A stretch of 64,000 nucleotides of DNA. It comes from Octopus vulgaris (taxonomy: Eukaryota). A model generated the notes under the pieces. It ran no database searches. It was not told where the DNA came from and was given only the letters and a program-made list of their open reading frames with translations. The DNA lies in contig OX597822.1 in assembly GCA_951406725.2 (NCBI GenBank), forward strand, positions 52,328,001 through 52,392,000, in the 5' to 3' direction. Shown here one piece after another: positions 43,078 through 56,511 of the stretch; position 1 is the stretch's first letter; every line of letters begins with the position of its first letter. Made by a program: the position numbers and the translations under genes.

Positions 43078-43724
43078 TTTATTTATTTATTTATTTTGCT
43101 ACAGCTACATTAAGTATGACACGGCACCTGACTTCGGCTGTAGCTATAACTTGCTGTTTCAAAAGGGACAGGCGATACTCAAATAGGTTATTATTTAAGC
43201 AATTCACTCATGGAGGAGAGGGGGGGTAGCATCTATGTATAAGCTTTCTTTGATTCCCATTCTCTTCAGTTTCGTTTTTACGTTCCCCAGTCCTCTGTCT
43301 TGAACATCGTCTCCGACAATAGCTCTTTCCAACTTTCTTCCCTCGTTCTGGCTTCTTCCATCTTAGTCGACTCTGTAACTCATCCCGTATCATCTATCTC
43401 ATCCCGCCTATCTCATGTTCCTCTTCCCACTTGCTCCACTCGCCACTCTACACGTCACATCCTCACTTCAATCCAACCATCATATATTAGCTTACGGTCA
43501 AAGGGAAGTCACTTTCTTTTCCCACTCTCTCTACCTCTCTTTCCCTTCTTCTCCCTTTCTTTCGTTTCCTCTCTTTCTCTATCTTCTTTGTTCTCAGACG
43601 ACGAGCATGAGCCCAGAATCTTAGATTATTCAGTTTTCACAATTAATGCTACCAAATTCACTGACGAGCTCTATATGTAAATCTACCGGAGCTCGTGCAA
43701 AGTTACCTTTCGTTGTGTGTTTGA

Positions 43725-43821
<97 letters not shown>

Positions 43822-44148
43822 TGTGTGTTTTGGCGGGCAGGTGTGTAAATGTTTCAATCTAGAACTCGAGAAGTTTTCACTGTTGTAGCACGAGAATATT
43901 CATTTATTCGAAACTAAAACTCTCGACCTTATTCCGAAGTTCCCATTCCTTGCCCTCTTCAAAAGTATAGATGAAGTATTGTATTGCTGGATAAAGGTTT
44001 ATAATTTTTTCTATATAAAGATGGTGTAATATGGAATTCAAATACAACATAGAAATTTAAAACACCTCAAAACTTTGTGGTGGAGTGCTTTCAATGCAGC
44101 CAATACTGCAATGACATAACACTTCTAAAAAAATATAGGCAAACTTAC

Positions 44149-44220
44149 ATCAGGAAGATGAACGCGGAATTCAACTGGGACGGCCTTTGATTTTATCACT
44201 TGGCTGTCGACGGACTTACC
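44149..44220 (-). CDS. Host gene exon GKSVDSQVIKSKAVPVEFRVHLPD
   Basis: Acceptor atatatttcag, donor gtaagt; 72 nt; phase 0/0. Confidence 0.75.
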
Positions 44221-44314
44221 CTGAAATATATTTAAAATTATATAGGTGTATGTCTGCGCAGAAAACAGATAGCCAGCCAGCTAGCCAGACAGACAGATAG
44301 ACAGACAAACAGAC

Positions 44315-44371
<57 letters not shown>

Positions 44372-45135
44372 CATACATACATACATACATACATACATAC
44401 ATACATACATACATACATACATACATAATGTGCAAGCAATTGTTAATGGCATTTATAAATGCTAAAGAGATATGTATTTAATTATAATTAGGAAGAAAAG
44501 TTGTCCATGGTAGTCCCTCATAAATATGCAAGTATCCAGAAATTTTATATACGAAAATACAATTTAGAAAAAAGAAGAAACCCCAAGGTAGTCCTTCACA
44601 GCGGTTTCAGGGATGCGGCGACAAGCAAATCCAGTAAAGTACATTATGCATACATAGATAAGCACTAAATTAATGTCATCAAAAATATATATGAAATAAA
44701 ATGCGTGTTCATGTGAGGGAGTAGTAGACGTAAAATAGCCGAATTAAGACCGTTAAGCAATCACTGTATAACATCTTGAGTAACTGTATTTTTTAAAGTT
44801 TATTTTACTACTGCCTTGGGTTGGCCCAAGCTTTGTGAGTGAAACTGAGTTTGCGAAAACTGTCTTGAAGAATTCACGTAATACTCAGCCACTATTACGC
44901 AAATTCAAAGAGTAGGTAGTTCAATGGATCGAGCAGGTAGGTACTCACCATCGAAACTGAGCGAGATCCACTTACATTTTTTAACTTAATACGAAAAATG
45001 ATCAATCTTTTTATGATACAGGAAGATGTTTTTGAATGGCTTAATGTACACAGCGATTTTATCAGAAATCTGATAGCTGATAGGCCATAATCACACACAC
45101 AATCATACATATATACACACACACACACACATATG

Positions 45136-45166
<31 letters not shown>

Positions 45167-45256
45167 GCAATTACATACATATACATGTGTGTGTGTGAGT
45201 GTGTGTGTAGAATGGTTTTCAATTTTGGCACCGCAAGAACAATAATTATTAGGAGA

Positions 45257-45655
45257 CTAGCAGTATCGCCCGGCGTTGCTCGGGTTTGTAAGGGAAATAA
45301 CTATATAAGCATTTTTAGAGAGTTATAGCCAAAAAATAGCAAAAAAAATGCATTAAAAATGGAAAAAAAATTATGGTAAATTTTTTTTAAATCGTTGACT
45401 CATCGTAGACATTTTTAGAGAGTTACTTCCCTTATATAATAGCGAAAAAAATGCATTAAAGTGGAAAAAAATGATGGTAATTTTTTTTTTAAATCGTAGA
45501 CTCATCGTAGACGCGCGCTAATACCCAGAAGGGCTCGATATGAATCACGACTATAAGATACCCGGTTTTGGTTAAACTGCACCGCAAAATGTGGGAGTAG
45601 TTAGGAATCTAAATCGTAGGAGACAGATACACAACTTCACTTTTATATATAAAGA
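45257..45655 (-). mobile_element. Non-autonomous Helitron-like element
   Basis: Minus strand starts TC (tctttatatataaaa), ends with hairpin cccgagcaacgccggg then CTAG; sits between A and T; internal duplication. Confidence 0.8.
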
Positions 45656-46132
45656 TGAGTTAGTTGTCCCCGTCGCTCCAGTACTTTAACTAGTAGTCTC
45701 TTTTATCGATTAAAAATGGATGAAGAGTAATATTGGCCTCAAAGAGGTTCCAACTAAGAACATAAAGAGCCGTTAAGTGTTCTGTCCATCGTTGTAACGA
45801 TTCTGCTAAGTTGCCGTCCTTGTTGTTGTTGCTGATGTTGCTGTCGATGCAGTTGTTCCAGATGCTGTTCATGTTTAGCCCCGAGTCAAACCTGACTTAG
45901 AAGGCCTGTGAGGAAATGGGGGGTTTTTTCCGTCAATGTGCGATCTTTCTTTTGAGTTGTATATAGAGCTGTAATATTTTTAGAACTATTTGAAACTGTT
46001 GGGAGCGTGGCTAAAAGATATTCCACAGTTATTTCTAGCAAGAGAGACAAACATAAAAGGGCTTCGTCTTTCTTGATGTTTCTGTTCTTGTTGTTGTTGC
46101 TGCTGTTGCTGCTATTGTTGTTGGTGGTGGGG

Positions 46133-46191
<59 letters not shown>

Positions 46192-46438
46192 GGTGGTGGT
46201 GGTGGTGGTGGTGGTGGTGGTGGTGGTAGTAGTAGTAGTAGGAGGAGGAGGAGGAGGAGGAAGAGGAGCAGGAGCAGGAGGAGCAGGAGCAGGAGGAGCA
46301 GGAGGAGAGCGGGAGGAGACGGAACACTGGTGGTAGTGGTAGTGGTTGTGGTTGTGGTGGTGGTAGCGGCGGCGTCTGTGGTGGTGGTGGTGGTGAGGGG
46401 TGAAGATAATTATTTCTGAAACACTGATAAAAACTTAC

Positions 46439-46540
46439 ATAATCGTAGTGCCATTCCCATGTTGATTTGTCACTTCCTTTCTTTGGCCAGTCTACTTTGG
46501 TTCCGATCCATGTCTCCGTCTTTACATCTCGGACTGTTTT
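46439..46540 (-). CDS. Host gene exon KTVRDVKTETWIGTKVDWPKKGSDKSTWEWHYDY
   Basis: Acceptor gcttccttacag, donor gtaagt; 102 nt; phase 0/0. Confidence 0.88.
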
Positions 46541-46660
46541 CTGTAAGGAAGCACATACTTAGAAAGAACATGATTACAGATTGTTCAATGTTCAAGCATT
46601 ATTTCACGTCAACTTCTCTTGCAATTGGTTTTCGCTTGGCTGTGTGGTTACTTCGGTCCA

Positions 46661-46728
<68 letters not shown>

Positions 46729-46756
46729 TACACATATATACATACATGCATATATA

Positions 46757-46790
<34 letters not shown>

Positions 46791-46809
46791 CACACAAACA
46801 CACACACAC

Positions 46810-46862
<53 letters not shown>

Positions 46863-46898
46863 CACAAACACACACACACATATATATATATATATACA

Positions 46899-46940
<42 letters not shown>

Positions 46941-47296
46941 CTCTCTTTTTACTCTTTTACTTGTTTCAGTCATTTGACTGCGGCCATGCTGGAGCACCGC
47001 CTTTAATCGAGCAACTCGATCCCGGGACTTTTCTTTTTGTAAGCCCAGTACGTATTCTATCGGTCTCTTTTTGCCGAACCGTTAAGTAACGGGGACATAA
47101 ACACACCAGCATCGGTTATCAAGCAATGCTAGGGGGACAAACACAGACACACAAACATACACACGCATATATATATATATATACATATATACGACGGGCT
47201 TCTTTCAGTTTCCGTCTACCAAATCCACTCACAAGGCTTTGGTCGGCCCGAGGCTATAGTAGAAGACACTTGCCCAAGGTGCCACGCAGTGGGACT
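46941..47296 (-). mobile_element. SINE family C (CORE-like ccttgggcaagt block), 5' truncated
   Basis: Reverse complement of most of 51843-52277. Confidence 0.8.
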
Positions 47297-47525
47297 GATA
47301 TATACTAGATCATCTGAACGAATTAATTCATATAACGATGTAGGCCGTTTGCATCCGATGTTAGTACCGCCAGATTCAAAACACGAATGAAAGCCACTCA
47401 GCCTCCCCCGCCCTTCCACTTGTGTCTCCAAGTAAAATGCTACATATTCTCAGGGAGAAAATTCTATTATCAATAATAACAAAGGGTAAAATTAATTAAT
47501 TAAGAAGTAATCAATAAATTTCACC

Positions 47526-48049
47526 AACAGGACCGCTAACACGGTAAATTTTAGTAATACTAATAAAAAGGGTTCGGCAAAAGAATTGCGTCACCGCATA
47601 CCGAAGTTCAGAAATAGCAGCCAAAATCTTAGCCATTTCTTCTACTTTAAAAAGGGCCTTCCAGAAAACTCAAAATACTTGAAGTTTAAACACACAGGCA
47701 GAGGGTAAAGCAAACGAAAATCAATCGATATCTGATCATCCATAGACGCGCGTTTCTGAATTAGGTCTTACGTAAAGAATATAAAAAAATATATACTTTA
47801 CCAACCGTATTCTTCATCAGTATGGATACTCTGTTATAATCTGGAGGTACTAGAACAAGTGGGATTCGGTATGAAAACAGGACCGCTAACACGGTAAATT
47901 TTAGTAATACTAATAAAAAGGGTTCGGCAAAAGAATTGCGTCGCCGCATACCGAAGTTCAGAAATAGCAGCCAAAATCTTAGCCATTTCTTCTACTTTAA
48001 AAAGGGTCTTCCAGAGAACTCAAAATACTTGAAGTTTAAACACACAGGC
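47526..48049 (-). repeat. 174-bp direct repeat with 350-bp period enclosing a hammerhead
   Basis: 47526-47699 is nearly identical to 47876-48049. Confidence 0.9.
47738..47827 (-). ncRNA. Type-I hammerhead ribozyme with long stem II
   Basis: atccata CTGATGA a-gaat..gtaaag..ctttac..attc-a GAAA cgcgcg TC tatggat: perfect 7-bp stem I, palindromic stem III, GUC site. Confidence 0.8.
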
Positions 48050-48967
48050 CGAGTTGATTTTTCAGCATATTGTATTCATACATTTTCTAAGCTCAATTAA
48101 GATATATAGAAAATGTATAACAATAACTGAAATTGTGATGCAGTAAAAGAAGAACAGCTAAAACAAGGAAAAATTTAGATAAAACGAAAAAGTAGGTTAA
48201 ATGCTAATCCTGAATTAGTTTTGATTACATGGGAAAAGGAAGGCGTTAAAGTGAAACCATATTATATTATTCAAAGAAAAGACAAATAAAATTAATTTTC
48301 TGAACTATAATCTAAATCTACAAGTTAATCAAACTTATACAAAGCATCCATTCTTTATTAATTAAGCCGAATTTTAAAATATACAGAACGAGTTTACTCT
48401 GTCAACAACAACACACTATGAAATAGTTTCGCAGAACATTTCAACCGACAACCTGATTCAGCAAGAATCGAGATGAATTGTTGAAATCTGAGTTTCAAGT
48501 TGAGAGGCAGCATCACTTATGTGGCTGAAATTTCTTGTTAAACACAAGCGCGCGCGCATAAACATATGTAAAGTATGACACAGGCGGATATATATAAAGC
48601 CGAAACTACATTGGAAATAATCAGCACTGCTACTAAAAACAACTTCTTCTATACTCCGTACTACATGCTTTTGAAAAGCTGTGAATAGCGAAAGCGCTTA
48701 CACAATACAAAAACTTTCTTCCAAAAGATTTGTTTCATTCTGCTTTTTTCCGATGTATTTCAATACAATTAATGATTTTTAATTCAAGATAATTTTTCTT
48801 CACATTTTGTAACCCTATCAAAGCTTCCTTGTGTGTGTGTGTATGTGCAGATATATGTTTGCATGCATCTTATTTCATGTATATTCACCGTTGAAACACG
48901 TGATTCTGTGGGTTTTGTTTGAGTGAAAATCTCTTCATGAATCATGCTGTTAAAAACAGTGCATACG

Positions 48968-49045
<78 letters not shown>

Positions 49046-49119
49046 GTGACAACAAGAAATGAAACCTCGATATTAGTTAAATAAAGGATTAGCAATATAT
49101 CTATATAGTTTAGGACAAT

Positions 49120-49480
49120 CAGTAAATGAAGCCTGTATCACCGAGGCCATTATTTATAAAGTCACCGTAAATTCTACGAACGCTAATAACACAGTTTCGT
49201 CAAAGAGATATGTAGGTCTCATGGAGGGACATTTTAAAGCAAATTTTAATAATCATACCTTAATCTTCAGACACAGGGATAAACGAAAAACTACCAAATT
49301 ATCCAGTCATATATGGTTTTTAAAAGAACACGATGTCAGCTATAGGATGTCCTAGAAGATCATGGCCAAGTGTAAACCTTATACCAATGGTAGTGGCAAG
49401 TGTGGTCTTTGTAATAAGGAAAGATGGCTGATCTGGAAAAGTCCCTTGGACCCCGCTACATCGGTTTTGGACCTTCCAAG
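49120..49480 (+). pseudogene. Penelope-like element GIY-YIG endonuclease remnant
   Basis: CITEAIIYKVTV..KRYVGLMEGHFK..NH..TTKLSSHIWFLK..*KIMAKCKPY..KCGLCNKER: GIY-YIG pattern and CxLC motif of PLE endonucleases, one in-frame stop. Confidence 0.85.
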
Positions 49481-49659
49481 ATCACGGATAGAATCCGCAT
49501 TTTTACTATGTTCCTGGATAAGCATTCCATGTTTTAACATTTTTTGTTGTTTTATATATGTTTTTCACCTTTTCCTTTTTAATTGTGTGATTGTGTACAT
49601 GTGTGAGTATATGTATATGTATGTATATATCAAATGTGTATATGTGTGACAGGAAAATG

Positions 49660-49693
<34 letters not shown>

Positions 49694-49776
49694 CGTGTGT
49701 GTATATATATATATATATCTGTGTACATATGTACATATATGTATATATGTATATGCGGTAGTGTGAATGTATGCCC

Positions 49777-49835
<59 letters not shown>

Positions 49836-49918
49836 TATATATATACATAAATACACGTATATTTATATGTATAAATGTATGCAAGAATAGACCTATGTGT
49901 ATATGAGGATGAAGTTGC

Positions 49919-49958
<40 letters not shown>

Positions 49959-51377
49959 ATAGATCGGTAGCCAGTACACACAATTTTTTCTCTCCTTGTT
50001 TTTTTTTTCTGTGTCCTTTTCTGTAGAAGAGCGTAGGCTCGAAACGTAAGAGACTTTTTCAATTCCTGAGCGTTAAACTAATACATCTGTTTGTTTTATT
50101 GACCACCTGTCTTCGTCTTTTGTTTTTTTCGTGAACTCTCCCCATATATATATATATGCGTGTGTGTGCGCGGATATGTGTATAATGTTTGAGTAGGTAC
50201 ATGCACATATATGTTTGTGTGTGTATGTGCATGTACATATAATGTGTGTGAGAGTGTATACGTACGTAGACGTTATGAACGCATAAGGTTTTATGTCTAT
50301 GTATTGTGAGAATATAGTTGGGTGTATTTTTATTTTATATTTTCCTACCTATTAGAGTAACTTCCCTTTTATTCAACGGTTGTTCATAGTGTCTATTGCC
50401 ATTAATATCCGACGAGAATGTATCGTAGCTATTAGCTCCGCCATTTGAAACTCTTTAGTGTATTTCTGAAAACTCTGGAAAATACATAATCTGTTTAAGC
50501 AAAGTCACCTATTATATCTTTTTCCCAGGTCGAATGTTCATATTTGTTTATTGTTTTATCATTAACGATCAAATTTGAAGGATAGTTATTTGTTTGTGTT
50601 CGTACGTTGTTATACGTGTATGTATACGTATATGGGTTGGTTCTTTTAGCTTTTAGCCGGCTGGAAGGCATTGCGCATGATTCTTCACCAAGTCTGGTGA
50701 AAGGGCAAGAAGGTTATCTTCAAATCCAAAACCTGTCCTGAATGATTACAACAAAGTGGATTCTGCTAAATATACCAAAGGTGACAGGTGGTACTGTTAT
50801 ACCGTCTGACGAATTAAATCTACCCTCCAAGTAGTCTATAGTGAGATGTGAACTCTGAAGGTAGAGAGTCTGATGTTCCTATACACTGCCTTTATTGGTC
50901 TTTTATATGCTCTTAAAAGATGAAGGACAAAGGTGATATGGGCGATATTTTAATGCAAAGCGCAGAGTAGCAACAAATGCAGCCAGAGTGCACTATTTTG
51001 GTGCACATCTGTGAGTGTGTGTGCGTGTGTGTGTATCTAGTACCGAAAATCGAAATATGTACAAACGATCGAACGTTATCTGCTATCAAAAGCTACCAAG
51101 TTTAAATTATATTCCATACTTTTAAAAGACATCAGTCACATTAGTCAATAAAAGAAATAAAAAGCAGCGTTGTCTTCATTTGAATAATTTTGAATAAACA
51201 TCTGTTCAACCGCGGCTGACCTGCCGTTTAAAAATGGAAAATCTAAAGTAAAGACATATTTAGAGAGAGACTGGTGTTGGGAAGATTTCTGAAACAGGCT
51301 TTTTCTAATAATTCTAAAACGCACTTAACGCATTATACACGATATGTATTCAAACTTTTATCGACAAATACAATGAT

Positions 51378-51447
<70 letters not shown>

Positions 51448-51842
51448 GTGTGTCTGTGTGTGTGTGTGTGTACACCTGGGAGGTGCCGCCTAGGTAGGCA
51501 AGGTAGACAGTGCCTACCCTGAATGAAAGAGATCGATAGTAATATTTTCCTTTTGTGGCAAAATATGCATCTAATTCAATAAAATTATGAAGGTTACTCT
51601 GGTTATTATGCATAAAATGCAAAATATTTTTTTCGTAGATTAGGTAGGCATAATTCGCCCCTGCCTTTCAATCTCAATATTCAAACTACGCATCGTAACT
51701 GTTGTAGTACATGTGCTGTGAACATTCCTACAACAACGTTTTCTTTACGCGCTATAAAGGAAGAAGTAAATCTGCCTCCACCTGGGTCGTGCGCCTGTGT
51801 TTCGCTTATTTTTCGTGCGTTTTACTACAAAAACGTCACCAA

Positions 51843-52277
51843 CGCAGGAGTGGCTATATGGTAAGTAGCTTGTTTACCAACCACATGGTTCCGGGTTCAA
51901 CCCCACTGCGTGGCACCTTGGGCAAGTGTCTTCTACTATAGCCTCGGGCCGACCAAAGCCTTGTGAGTGGATTTGGTAGACGGAAACTGAAAGAAGACCG
52001 TCGTATATATGTATATATATATATATATATATGCGTGTGTGTGTTTGTGTGTCTGTGTTTGTCCCCCTAGCATTGCTTGACAACCGATGCTGGTGTGTTT
52101 ATGTCCCCGTTACTTAGCGGTTCGGCAAAAGAGACCGATAGAATAAGTACTGGGCTTACAAAAGAATAAGTCCCGGGATCGAGTTGCTCGACTAAAGGCA
52201 GTGCTCCAGCATGGCCGCAATTAAATGACTGAAACAAGTAAAAGAGTTTTAAAAAAGGGTAAAAGAGTAAAAGAGTA
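51843..52277 (+). mobile_element. SINE family C, apparently nested in a hAT-like MITE (~51475-52315)
   Basis: tRNA-like head gtggctatatggtaag..gggttcaacccc, CORE-like block, (aaagagt)n tail; tgcctaccctga subterminal repeats on both sides. Confidence 0.75.
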
Positions 52278-53384
52278 ACTGCCTACCCTGACTAATTACT
52301 CACGGCACGTGCCTGATGTACATATATCATTTTTTTTTCTTTGTTTCAATCATTAGACTGGTACTTATTTTATTGGTCCATTTTGCCGAAACGCTAGGTT
52401 ACAGGGGCATAAACACACCAACTCCTGTTGAGACTTATGTCCAAGATGCCACGCAGTGGGACTGAACCCCGGAACGTGTGGTTAGAAAACGTGCTTCTTA
52501 CCACAAGGCCAGATATGCGTGGGCGTGCACGCGCGTCTGTGCGTGTATGTATGCATGGCAGTACCCAGCATTTCACATACATACATAAATGCACAAGCAT
52601 ACATACATACATACATACATACATACATACATACATGCATGCATGCATACATACATACATACATACATGCATGCATGCCTGCATATATATATTTCTTTAC
52701 TACCCACAAGGGGCTAAACACAGAGGGGACAAACAAGGACAGACAAAGGGATTAAGTCGACTACCTCGACCCCAGTGCGTAACTGGTACTTAATTTATCG
52801 ACCCCGAAAGGATGAAAGGCAAAGTCGACCTCGGCGGAATTTGAACTCGGAACGTAACGACAGACGAAATACGGCTACGAATTTCGCCCGGCGTGCTAAC
52901 GTTTCTACCAGCTCGCCGCCTATACATTCATATACATACATACATGCGTACAAAAATTCATACAAACGTAAAAGAAAAAATAATATCTATAGCAAACTAA
53001 GTTGTCTTAAACTACTACAACCAGACTATAAATTTACATTATTGAGACATTCTGTTATATAACAAATTATCTTACTTCCAGTCTTAGGAATCTCGTCTTC
53101 GCAAAATCAGAAAGGACATCACCAATTAGGAAATTGCCATTATTACTCACTAATAGAACTTTGAAAATATTCCAGAAGTTTAGACTCTTGTATGTACATC
53201 GCATTCACATATATAAAGAAACGAATACACAAACATACATAAGAGAGGCTTGCATGCAAATGTACACACGCACGCACACAAACATAAATATATACATACA
53301 CATGCACAAACATATATACATACACTTAGATGTTTATACACGCGGAGTAACACTCACGCCGATGAAAGAACGCACATATCTGTG

Positions 53385-53541
<157 letters not shown>

Positions 53542-53550
53542 GTATGTATG

Positions 53551-53601
<51 letters not shown>

Positions 53602-53957
53602 CTGATAGTCTCTTACGCATGCACACACACATAAACAGGAACACACACGCACAAACACGATCCCATGCACGTACACGTGAAAACATTGACTGCATGCACA
53701 CAGACATGTGCTTGTTCACACGCACTAATTAGCTTCATACGTACACACACAGACACCCGTGCTTGTGCACACACACACACGTACGCCAGGCCATTGTTGT
53801 CTCTCTTGCCACACATGCTTCGAACCAACTTTTATGCATAACAATCAGAGTAACCCTCATAATTTTTTTTCTTTTTCTTCCCATCCTTTTTTTTTTCTTT
53901 TCTCATTTATTTTTCCAGTACAAGAACGTTGACTCGAAACGTTTCTTTTTAATTAGG

Positions 53958-54042
<85 letters not shown>

Positions 54043-54242
54043 TAATATTTAGCAGATGTAACAGAGTGACTTCAGGTCCGAGAGCTTCGTACGTTGGCAC
54101 TAATCAAAATTTGATAAGTGCCAACGCACAAATCTCTCGGACCTTAAGTCACTCAATTACTTCTGCTCACTACGAAAATAGAAAATGCATATATTCATAT
54201 TCTGAGTTCTACTTTTCTTGTTTGCATCAACAGACCTATACC

Positions 54243-54273
<31 letters not shown>

Positions 54274-54309
54274 GAATTTGTATGATTATATATAAAACAA
54301 TGTATTCTT

Positions 54310-54893
54310 TTCTTCTCTAGGCAAAAGGCCCGAAATTTTTGGTGAGGGGGCCAGTCGATTAGATCGACCTCAGTGCGCAACTGGTACTTAATTCATCGAC
54401 CTCAACCCCGAAAGGATGAAAGTCAAAGTCAACCTCGGCGGAATTTGAACTCAGAACGTAAAGACAGTCGAAATACCTATTTCTTTATTACCCACAAGGG
54501 GCTAAACATAGAGGGAACAAATAAGGACAGACATAGGTATTAAGTCGATTATATCGACCCCAGTGCGTAACTGGTACTTAATTTATCGATACCGAAAGGA
54601 TGAAAGGCAAAGTCGACTTCGGCGGAATTTGAACTCAGAACGTAGCGGCAGACGAAATGCCTATTTCTTTACTACTCACAAGGGGCTAAACATTGAGGGA
54701 ACAAATAAGGACAGACATAGGTATTAAGTCGATTATATCGACCCCAGTGCGTAACTGGTACTTAATTTATCGATACCGAAAGTATGAAAGGCAAAGTCGA
54801 CCTCGGCGGAATTTGAACTCAGAACGTAGCGGCAGACGAAATACTGCTAAGCATTTCGCCCGGCGCGCTAACGTTTCTGCCAGCTCGCCGCCT
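54310..54893 (-). mobile_element. SINE family A multimer (~182-bp period)
   Basis: One headed unit followed by headless units joined at gaaata-gg(c/t)atttcg. Confidence 0.85.
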
Positions 54894-55341
54894 TGATTTC
54901 CAATTTGGACTACATATGGACTACACACGTATGCACACACATAAACAGAAATCAAGCTCACATTTATATAATAATGTAACATGTACACCAACTACATGAA
55001 TGTATGTTTGTCTGATGCATACGCATAAGCATACAGAAATAATACTGGTACCCACAAACACCCGCAATTGTGAGGACATACACAAAAGTGTTACGATATT
55101 TCGTTAGAAGCCGGTTTGAATTCTGCAAAGAAAAAAATCTTAAATAAATCCCTAAGAAAAACATACGGACATATAGATACATACTTACATACATATGTAC
55201 ATATATACATGCATATATGCACACATGCATAGACACGCATGCATATATACACACGTACAGTCAGAAATATTTTCCTGCAAAAGCACCCATACGTACACAT
55301 ATACATACGTGCTGTTCACTCTTATACATACGGGTACTTAC

Positions 55342-55502
55342 AATCCCTTCGTATGAGTATTTATCTTTTGGAAATTCAAAAAAATGTTTAGCAGTTGCCA
55401 TTCTGACGTCGTGGGGGTTTAATTCTGTTGAATCAAGATTTGAGTGTGGTATTGGCCGTGTTTTGCATTTTCCTGTCACTGTGTCCGTTACATAAGCAAC
55501 TC
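55342..55502 (-). CDS. Host gene exon (G)VAYVTDTVTGKCKTRPIPHSNLDSTELNPHDVRMATAKHFFEFPKDKYSYEGI
   Basis: Acceptor ctttatatttttatatag, donor gtaagt; 161 nt; phase 1 to 0. Confidence 0.9.
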
Positions 55503-55581
55503 CTATATAAAAATATAAAGGAAACACTTGGAGAAAGAAAAAAACGAGCAACAGGTATGACAGTTATAACTCAGAAGACGC

Positions 55582-55615
<34 letters not shown>

Positions 55616-55756
55616 GTTTTTTTCTTCTTTCTTCAAGTTTTCTTCCGTTTCTCGCCGAGTGTTTTCCATACATCTAGGGCAGAGAAGCTAATTGTATGCA
55701 TTTCCAGATTACACACGCAAATTCACAGATAAAATATGTATTTAAAAATTAATAAA

Positions 55757-55804
<48 letters not shown>

Positions 55805-56511
55805 CAATATTATCATTATTATTATTATTATTATTATTAGGAATTCCACATTTTTATATATGAATCCTATGTCGTAGATATATAAGCAGGGATTAATCGA
55901 ACTATTTCTCCGTGTTAACTTTTTATTTAATATTAGGGGCCTGTAGCTATTTCTCCGCATGTTGAAAAACTGATGAGCAAGCTTAAGCAATTTTCGAATC
56001 TTGCAAGATTTTCATCAGAGACGTTTACATCAATTTGACGAATCCCAGAGAAACAAGTAACCCATGATCGACAATTTCCGCTATAATAGGGAAGTGGAGT
56101 TAGTAATTAAATATGAACTCTTTTTTTTTAATATTAGGGACCTGTCAACGTGCATATGAGTCCACACAGTATCAAGGTATATAGAAAACTAGTCATCACC
56201 TTGAATCATGCCGACTCATAAGGACTGGTTTCCCGGTGTCACGGCGTATAAATTCCCCTTGTGGACGGGACGTCGGTCCGTTGCAGGATTATTCATTTTG
56301 GTATGATATATGTACCAAGGTATGGTTATATGTAGACTATGTAGTAGATATAGAAACAGGGCAAATTTAGCTATTTCTCCGTAGATGGAAAAAATGAACA
56401 GCCTTAATCGATTATCGAAGCGTATTGAGTTCTCATCAGAGATGCCTGTATCAATTTAACCAATCCCAGAGAAACAAGAAGCCAGTTTGTTTACATACTC
56501 AACAATTTTGA

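Noticed and set aside
44213-44223. Recursive splice site (cag|g gtaagt)
   Set aside because: The donor motif is offset by 1 nt from the acceptor, and the full 72-nt exon keeps the frame.
46007-46395. Poly-Leu/Val/Gly ORF resembling a membrane protein
   Set aside because: Compound trinucleotide microsatellite (TTG/GTA/GTG/GGA).
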